From: Octopus sinensis
Taxonomy: Eukaryota
Length of the DNA stretch: 64,000 nucleotides
Reading direction: 5' to 3'
NCBI RefSeq assembly: GCF_006345805.1
Contig: NC_043014.1
Span: 20,026,001 to 20,090,000, forward strand
Position numbers and translations under genes: made by a program. Positions 54,341 through 64,000 of this stretch are shown here, one piece after another; positions within the stretch are counted from its first letter, which is position 1; every line of letters begins with the position of its first letter. The notes below the pieces were generated by a model. It searched no databases, had not been told where the DNA came from, and saw nothing but the letters and a program-made list of their open reading frames with translations.

Positions 54341-57099
54341 AGATAGACATGCTTGTGTGTGAATCTGTATATGTGTATGTGTAAATCTGTATGTGTGTAT
54401 ATGTACGTATATATATATATACATGTATATATGTATATGTACGTATATATATATGTACGTATGTATGTATATATGTATGATACGAAACAAAAATCGCAAA
54501 TGTCCGGGACAGTATTCTGCATGTACCGTCCACTCACAGATTAACGTAACATTCAAATCTAACAATGGCGCATGAGGCTTACATTCTCGGCGGAAATTAT
54601 AATCGATTTAATGAACGCCATTATTTGACCGGAATCTAGTTTATTGACCCTGCAAGGATGAAATATAAATTTGTTCCCACGACAAGGTGAATGTTATTAT
54701 CAACGGCGGAATATTTCGTCTACTATATTACAGATTTACTCTCTCCGCTGGCTTACAATTAGGAAAATAATAATGAACAAATTATGAAAGCAAATATATT
54801 TGTGATTGGATTAGAAGAAAAAAAGGAAAGCGATTAAAAAAGAACAGTCGCAGAGAGAAAGAGAGAGAGCGATAAAGAAGTAGATGATATGAGAGGGAGA
54901 GAGAGAAAAGAAGAGAGAGAGAAAATGAATAAGAGAAAGTTGTTTGCATTTGTGTGAATCTCGAAGACATTGCTTTAACAGTGGAGTAAAAAGGCTAATT
55001 TTGTTGTTTTCGTTCCGTTTGTTTTTCGCTATAAAAGTTTAAACAAATTACTAAATTCTCCCTAAAGAATGACAAGAATACAAACACTGTAAACATGTGA
55101 AATGTAATTGAGAGTACAAGGAAATTTAGTTTTCTTTTAACGTGACAAATCAGATTTTATGATTCGGGAAATATGTGTGTGTCGTTCCAGTTGAAATTAA
55201 ACAGAAACAAATGCTGGCGCATACTCCACCCTCACCCCAACACACCTAACATGTTTTATTCGTTAAATGTTAACGAGTTTAAAATTTAATGACATTAAGA
55301 TCAATTAAGAGCATGTGGATGGATTATGGTGACAAATGAGTAATGGACAATGAAAACTATGCGGACACTTAATAAATTTCGAGTGTTTTGTCGTTTATTT
55401 AAAAAGATGCTGTTAAACCAAGGACAGATTTTCAATACTTCAGGGAAACCAGAAAATTTACCCTGGAGATACTTTGTTTTTTTAGGTATGTGTGATAGAT
55501 AAAGTACTTGGTTGTCTGTGTGTTTGTATTATATACCTGTGCATATGGGAGCGTATCAGAATCTATTTCAAAGGAAATATATATTCTGTGTGTGTTTGTG
55601 TAGTTGTGTGTGTGTCGGTGTTTCTTTAAATAAGAAAGAGGTCACTTTTTATGATGTTAAGAACTGTGATAGAAAGTAAATTTAGGAAGGTAGATTGGTG
55701 TGACTCAGACATTCGATTGGGTTTCTGAGCATGTATGTACGTTGATATTGCTGAAAGTTAAACCACATGCCAGATCAATGTGAGAAAATTTGCGATCAAA
55801 AGCATTCCGGATATGAACAACCCATCTTATATATTGGCTGCTGTTTAACCCCAGGTCAGCTCTGATAAAGCAGAGAGGCCAATGATCAAAGACATCCTAG
55901 CCATGAACATACCATTTTTTCTTAACGAACAGTGTACCTCGAACAGTAGATACCTTGGTAATGAGAGGGAGACATGTATGTGACTTTTAAGAAAGAGGCC
56001 TCTATACGGAACTGACGAATGCTTTCTAGCTTTGCAATACACTCTTTCTATCTAACATTCATGCGGATTCTTTGATTCAGATGAAGAGTACTGCTTCCTG
56101 GGTTAAAACTTACGCTAAAAATAGAATTTTCACAAAAATATTTAAATCGATAAACATTATTGAGCACACATACTTAACGTATCTGATACGATTAGTTGCC
56201 GGCAGGCTGCGATTTAGTCTGGTGTAGATTACTCTATCAAAGAGGAGAGGTTTTAAAACACCTACACCGACTCTTTCAGAGAGTAATCTCCACCACGCTA
56301 TTTGCAGCTTACCGGCAAATACACATGACATGTACTTTAAGTATGTGTAGTTGATAATTTTTATTACACTAGCGTTGCTTCTATTTCATATTTGAATTAA
56401 AATGAATATTATCACGTGTATACTTTTGTCAATTATTTTAGAATTGAAATATGCAGATAAGAGTGCATTATTCGCCACAAGATTCCGAAATACCAATCAC
56501 TCGTCTAGACCATTCCTAACGGCGAGAATGACAAAGAGGTGATTAACTGGATAAAACGAACTTCCTTAAAAAATACCATTTTATAATTTTTTTTTAAATT
56601 GTTCATTTGTCACCTTTGTTTATATTAAAAGCTGATTTTAACCACTGGGCAATGTAACACACGTACACACACACACACATATCGTGAACCATCTCAGAGG
56701 TGATAACTAATAACCCCTTTCCACACGAACGACATCAATTTTAATCATTAAACGTTTGTTACGATTTGATCGTGAGGGCTGAGCGTGTCACTTCCTTTAC
56801 CTAATTTTCATTACATTTTCAATTATTTCCTTACACAAATGAAACGTACGTAAGATAATATAATTAAATATCTTATAACCAATCTCTCATGTTCTATTTT
56901 CTTTTATACATATAAAGACCTGTTTACTTAAATTAAACAAATATCTATCCATACCATATTGAGCACCCTTTTCCTCGTTCTGGCTCACGCAGTGTTCTAT
57001 ATCACACCACATACGTAAACACACATTCACACACACGATATTACCACTATATGTATACCTTGTACACAGACCAGAATTAGATGAAGGTACAAAGTATCT

Positions 57100-57350
57100 A
57101 TGTGGAGGAGCATGTCTTAGTGGTTAGGGTGTGAGCACCATGATCGTAAGATAGTGGTTTCGATTCCTGGACCAAGCGACGCGTTGTGTTCTTGAGCTGA
57201 GCAAAAAACTTCATTTCACGTTGCTCCAGTCCACTTGGCAAAAATGAGTAACGCTGCGATGGACTGGCATCCCGTCCAGCTGGGGAGCACATACGCCATA
57301 GAAACCGACCCTATGAGCCTGGCTAGGTTTTAAAAGGGCGCATTTATTTT
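57100..57350 (+). mobile_element. SINE with a family 3-type head and core and a third tail type
   Basis: tcttagtggttagg...ggtttcgattcctgg...ttcatttcacgttgctccagtccac. Confidence 0.7.
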
Positions 57351-58233
57351 TATTTTACAAAGTATCCATACAGCGTAAATTAAATCTTTGGTTTGTTTTT
57401 AAGCTGAACTGAATTTTGACACTTTAGTCCTTCCTTCGTATTCATCTCTTGAACGTTATTAGCTCCCCTTCTCAATTCTTCGATTCCATGAACTGTATTA
57501 CATTTAGATATATACCCTCTACCCATTTTAGTCCTTATTAAAGTAAACACTTCCTCTTTCGTTTCAAATGTCTTTGTGTTAACAAATTGTGTTTCAGTTT
57601 CTTGTCTTTGTGTAACTTGCCTTAGCAGGTTTCAGTTTCCATGCATTACTTTTCTCCTGGCATGTTTTCGTCTATGAGATGTTTGGTCTTGAGTTCCACG
57701 AAAATTTTTGCTATCTCGCCTCTGTATTTGTAATCATTACTCCAGATTTTGTAGACTGTCTTTCAGGACAACAAGTAAGATATTAGATGACAATAGAGTA
57801 AAATTTCCCATTCTTAAAACTCTTATTTCTCTCTTTCACTTTCTCACTCTGCCTTTTACTATTTCTGTTTAATTCATTGCTCTCCAGCTTCTCTCTCTTT
57901 CTTTCTCCTCCCCCTTAACTCTTGCTATTTCATTCCTTCACTCTTTCGCTATTTCTTAACTCACTCATCTAAATTGAAACAGAGCAAACTTCCATGTTTA
58001 CAATGCTAAACTCTGGAACTTGGAAACGTTTAAGTTCAAAGTGAAACTTGAAAATTAGGCAACGATGAAAGAGCTGGGAGTGTAGTTGGCAGAGTGTCAG
58101 TGTGACAAGTACAGAAGGGGATAAGTGGCTATGTGTTGTGAGATAATCAATAACTTTGACACTCAAAAGAAGTAACGCACGAAGATTAAATCAGTTTTGC
58201 ACTTTCGTCTATTCTTCTTTCTTTTTTTAACAG

Positions 58234-58310
58234 TTATACACTCATCATCTGTCACGTAAAAGCTGTAGTAGATATCTCCACTAAACTGCTGCATGTCGGG
58301 ATCCAAAAAG
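58234..58310 (+). CDS. Candidate small exon of an unknown gene
   Basis: A strong pyrimidine tract + AACAG acceptor, one open frame YTLIICHVKAVVDISTKLLHVGIQK and a weak AG|GTATCA donor. Confidence 0.15.
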
Positions 58311-59169
58311 GTATCATTTATTTGATTGTGACTAACTAGATAGGTGGCATATGCTTGTCTTGATGTCTGGATGCAGTTAATTGATATTTTCACGTTCATT
58401 AAATATTTCCTACGAAGTTTCATATTCACTTTCATTCCTCTACGAGTGATGAAGTAATTACTAGTATGGGAATCAAGTTTGATATAATCGACTGTTATTT
58501 CTACCAAAAGGTTAAGCCCTATGCCTCGGATTTAAAAACGATTATGTTTCACTATACATTTACACGCATGTATATGTATGTTGTCTTCCGTTTTTAGTCG
58601 TATAAATTCTTCTTTTGAAGAAAGAGCTGCTTTCTAACAAAGATACAAAGCAGCATCGTTGAAATATATATAATGAAAACAATTCAAGCCGAGAAAAGTT
58701 TTGCATAATTTTACAGTTCTATTTATAGATTGTGTTTATAATATGCGAGTCATTTGGTTGATTGTATATTTAGATGCATGGATGTATGCATACACGTAGG
58801 TTGGTAGGTAAGTAGTTAAATATGTAGGTATTTGTATATATGTATATGTATGTGTGTGTAAGCATATGCATATATATATGTACATTTTATATATGTACGC
58901 ATATACAATCTTACGTGAATGTATGTAGGTAGGTAGGTAAAATGCAAGTGTTTGTGCGTATAGTTGTATTTATCTGTATATGTGTATAGTTGAAAGTTTA
59001 ACTTCAAAAATGGGTCATGGTGTTTTGCTTTCTCTCTTTCAACAATTGTATTTAAATCCATTTTCAATTGAAAGTTATTCCATAAAACATTGTATTCCAA
59101 TATCAGCGATTTCCTATTTCACTATCCAAATGATTGGGAAACTTAAATGGAATTCCATCGTAATATGAC

Positions 59170-60070
<901 letters not shown>

Positions 60071-60859
60071 TGCGTGCGTCTGTGCTTTTTACCTTCTTTG
60101 TTGGATTGTACTTTATTGAAATTTAACGTGTTGTCATATTTGCTTACAAATAATGTAATGTGATATTTGTTGGAAAGAAAATAGCGAAATGCTGGGCTAC
60201 GGTAGAAACGTGTAATCACACAAAAATCCAAACAAGGACGTGAGTGAATTTAAGAAGAAGAAGCCCATATCAATGGTTATTTCAGTAACAATGAAGAATA
60301 TAGGCTATTAAAAAATTCATTAGAAATTTGTTGTGAGAAATGGCATTGGTCGCATCTTCATTAAAATTCCAAAAAGGCAATGAGAATAGTAGTGAGATTT
60401 AAGATATTGACATTTTGAAATTTAACCCAAATTTCATCAATTGAAACACGTTCGAGAACAATATTGTCATTTCCTTCTAGTATTTGTAGGTAAATGGGAG
60501 AGAAAAATAGGAAATATATCAAACAGTATGAGATTGGCATGGATTTAATAACGATTTGTATGTGATAATAGACACATTAATAAAGAGACAAAGAGACAGC
60601 AAGTAACAAAGAAAAAGCAAGAACAAGAAAAGTGAATTGCAACCTCATTACAAGCTAGAACAGGAAAAAATACAAGTAAAAAATATGTTAAAAATAAAAC
60701 AAAGCGAGTTAAGTTGTATGGTTGTGAAACTTGGCTCACGACTCCCGTGTTTTCAGTTCGATCCCAATCAATGGCCATCGGATAGCTGTCTTCTACATCA
60801 TAGAATAAACTAATGTCTTTCGAATGAAACTATGTTGGTGGAAATTATTGATTTTCGTG

Positions 60860-61340
60860 ATCTATCTTTTATCTTTTACTTGTTTCAATCATTAAACTGT
60901 GGTCATGCTGGAGCATTGTTTAACGAATTTTTCAGTCAAATGAATCAACCCCAATACTTATTTATTCTTATATTCTTTTTCTTTTTTTCAGTCATTTGAC
61001 TGCGGCCATGCTGGAGGGATTCAGTCAAAGAACTAGACTCCATGACTTATTCTTTTAATCCTAGTATTTATTCTATCGGTCTCATTTTGCCAAAGTGCTA
61101 AGTTACGAGTATGTAAACACACCAACATCCATGTACAAGCGAAGGTAGTGGGGGTTCAAAACAGGCACAACGATACACACATAAATATATATATACAACA
61201 GGCTTCATACAGTTTCCGCCTACCAAATCCGTCGGCCTGTGGCTACAGTAGAAGACACTTGCCCAAAGTGCTGCGCAGTAGGATTGAACCCGGAACTATG
61301 TGGTTGGGAAGGCAGCTTCTTACCACACAGCTACTCCTGC
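60860..61340 (-). mobile_element. SINE family 2, decayed, with a duplicated tail
   Basis: Two tail motifs (60865-60910 and 60985-61015) plus the head near 61335. Confidence 0.7.
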
Positions 61341-61445
61341 CACAATTTGTGGAATCAAAAAAATCCTGCAGAGTGAAAGCGATAAAGGAATAGACTATAT
61401 AATATCAAGTATCTCTCTATCTTCTGACTACTTTTTATATATTAA

Positions 61446-62290
61446 CTAGCAGAATTGCCCGGCGTTGCTCGGGGCTGAATTGCTTGAAAGTACTGTTAAT
61501 GATTGCACTGAATTATGATGATTATTCAGGCAAATATTGATATAAGTTTACGGTGGGAGATAAGGACTTAACGATCAAACGTGTGCCATTGCATTGTTTT
61601 GGGGGAACCAAATTTCTGATGAGCATTATAGGGGCACCAACGTTAAGTTTGAGAAAGTGTGGTGGTAGTCCGGGGTGCTCAAAGGAATTGAGTACCTCTA
61701 TTGGATAGTTGATGACGTCCTCTGGGTCAGGAGTTGTATCGATAGACTGATATACATAGACTTCCCCAGGAATGAGTTTTAGCATTTCATCATTAATATG
61801 GTGAACAGTTTTATTCCTCGGGGCCAGTATAGCCTTTTTGCCAATCCAATCCATATTCTGATAATTAGCTTCTAGATCTGGGAACACTGCATCTCTGAGA
61901 TCAGAAGGCGTCTTAACAATGTTACAAATGAAATCAATGGCAATATTGCCATTTTCATCCCCTGGTATTTTGCCTTCGCCAAGTGCAAGGAGGGTGTGAG
62001 GAAATGCTGCTGATGTGATATTACGTCGCATATGAGCACGCATATTGGTGTGAAGTTTGAGAGTTACTTCCCTTTATAAAAAAAAATATGCATTAAAATT
62101 GAAAAAAATGATGGTAAATTATTTGTAAAATCATAGACTCATCGTAGACGCGCGCTAATACCCAGAAAGGCTCGATATGAATCACGACTATAAGATACCA
62201 GGTTTTGGTTAATCTGCATCGCAAAATGTGGGAGTAGTTAGGAATCTAAATCGGAGTAGACAGACACACAACCTTTCTTTTATATATAAA
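61446..62290 (-). mobile_element. Non-autonomous Helitron (~845 bp) with both termini
   Basis: 3' end: hairpin gccccgagcaacgccgggc followed by ...ctgCTAG|t; 5' end a|TTTATATATAAAAG (TC consensus with one change); internal helicase fragment on the same strand. Confidence 0.85.
61522..62043 (-). pseudogene. Pif1-like helicase fragment of a Helitron RepHel protein
   Basis: AILAPRN, NYPIEVLNS...GLPPH.LKLNVGAPIMLIRNL...CNGTRL. Confidence 0.9.
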
Positions 62291-62904
62291 TATTTTCGTC
62301 CTAAAAAACTTTGTATGGATTGAATGGTTACCTCTATGGAAATATATACACGCACATTATACATACATGTGTGTATAGATGAATATATAAATACATTTAA
62401 ATATCTATATACACTTTTGGGCGATCTTTCTGTTTCTTAGAGATAACTTTATCCCGTCCGTTTCGCTCCAAAATTTACAGGGACATGTAGAATGAGGTGA
62501 CGATGCTCGTGGGCTACCTTAGAAATCCCTATCTTAAAAGGTGTGGTTGCTAGGGAGCCATCTTCCTCACTCACCCTATTTCCTCCAGTACCCTGTCACT
62601 CCTCTTCATATGACAGGCCACTACGGTTATTTAATGTAAAGTCTTCCTCAAATCACTCTCTCGGTATTTACTCTCTTCCAAGAACATTTTCACTCACTCT
62701 TATCTCTTAGCTTCCCATACATTTTACTCATGTATCTATCAGCGTCATAGACAGAAACAAATATTACATCGCCATCGCCATCGCCATCGCATTCTATTGT
62801 CTACCTGTCAACACACACACAGTGAATTACTTTCACTTTATTCGTTGCACACTGTGTGTGTGCGTGTGCGGTATCCCACACTAAGAAAAGCATTTGACTC
62901 ATAC

Positions 62905-63089
62905 ACCACAATGTGAGTTCTCTAAATTTTGCTTAATTGGGGTTGAAATTTTAAAAAGTGGACCTGGCAAGACCCGATGCATTCTACTCTTAAAAATGCT
63001 AGGTAAATTGTAATTGAAGAAATCCTATATTGTAGATTTCTATAAGAGACAAAGGGAGGCAGATAAAATCTGCCTTTTATAATAAGAGA
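62905..63089 (-). mobile_element. Possible 5' fragment of a second Helitron/Helentron-type non-autonomous element
   Basis: Minus strand begins a|TCTCTTATTATAAAAG, followed by the hairpin aggcagattttatctgcct. Confidence 0.4.
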
Positions 63090-63384
63090 TAAATAAAATC
63101 TATACTCCACTAGAGACACTACAAACACACACACACACTCATACGCACACAAACACAAACGCATCCACAAACACACACATATACACACACACACATATAT
63201 ATGATTTACTATATCATATTGAGTAAAAAGTAAGAAAAGTTTTGAACCATGAAGAATTTGTACCGGATTTTTGCAGAGTTTTGAATTTTTAAGAACATTT
63301 TTTTTCAATTGCCTGATAATATAGACATAGAATTGCACACATGTATCAATTAATTAACATTGATATTTTTATCACGTTAAAATC

Positions 63385-64000
63385 ACCTGAAATGAAACTG
63401 TCAATTTTGCTATTCAACTTAAAAAAGGACGTAAAGCAGCTGAAACTGCTCGCGATATCAAGGAAACGTTTGGTGAAGAAATGACCAGTGAGAGATCAAA
63501 ATGGTATCAACGATGTCGCAGAGGAAACCTGAGCCTTTAAGATCGTGAACGTAGTGGACGCCCATCTGTCATTGATAACGGTCAATTAGAGACCGTCATT
63601 GAGAGAGATCCACGAAAAACCATTCGAAAACTGGCAAAAGAACTTCAAGGTATCCAAGAAACTGCCTGCAACTATTTGCATGTGGTCGGAAACTCAAAAA
63701 AGCTCGACAAATGGGTACCACATGATTTGAATGAAAATCAGAAAATGCGCAGATATGAAAATTGCTCGCCCCTTCTTCTCCGTAACCAGACCGATCAATT
63801 TCTCGACCGTATTGTAAATTACGATGAAAAGTGGATTCTGTACAATAAGAAAAACGTTCTTCGCAGTGGTGTTTGAACCAAAATGAAGCACCGAAAACTT
63901 TCCCTAAACCCGAGCTCTTCTAAAACAAGGTAATGGTGATTGTTTGGCGGTGTACTGCTGCACTCATCCACTATAACTTCTTAAAATCTGGAAAACCATT
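63385..64000 (+). mobile_element. Mariner transposase pseudogene, runs off the window end
   Basis: HTH region, RSGRP, WVPHDL, FLDRIV..DEKWILY and KVMVIVW motifs; stops and frameshifts. Confidence 0.9.

Noticed and set aside
53736-54565. Long overlapping ORFs (265, 197 aa) with Pro/His/Ser runs
   Set aside because: They are built from (GGA/GAT/GATA/TA) simple repeats. The NCFQGICQC stretch on the plus strand lacks convincing splice signals and further cysteines.
55000-55500. TAAT-rich non-repetitive stretch as a homeodomain enhancer
   Set aside because: Such motifs are expected by chance at this AT content; conservation data would be needed.
57360-57830. Purine-rich minus-strand segment resembling decayed retroelement coding DNA
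   Set aside because: No identifiable gag, protease, RT or integrase motif.

Overview
AT-rich, microsatellite-laden eukaryotic DNA with one 100-N scaffold gap. The SINE and simple-repeat landscape looks cephalopod, probably Octopus; this is an inference from recognising the repeats, not a database result. I found no confidently identifiable host gene, rRNA, tRNA or CRISPR array, and most ORFs in the track are microsatellite translations. The window is dominated by mobile-element debris. (i) At least ten 5'-truncated or decayed R4/Dong-clade non-LTR retrotransposons with a restriction-like endonuclease, from several subfamilies, mostly embedded in (TAA)n-type tracts and chained in the same orientation. 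(ii) A non-coding ~545-bp element (family D) that uses the same (TAA)n target. (iii) Three tRNA-like SINE families, one sharing its tail with an RTE LINE fragment in the window. (iv) A Penelope-like direct-plus-inverted repeat carrying a type I hammerhead ribozyme fold with a compensatory U3-A8 core. (v) A TIR-bounded rosa-like Tc1/mariner, a mariner pseudogene and a mini-Helitron. There are also two local inverted duplications and three weak candidate exons. Most boundaries were read by eye and are approximate (about 5-30 bp; more for decayed elements).
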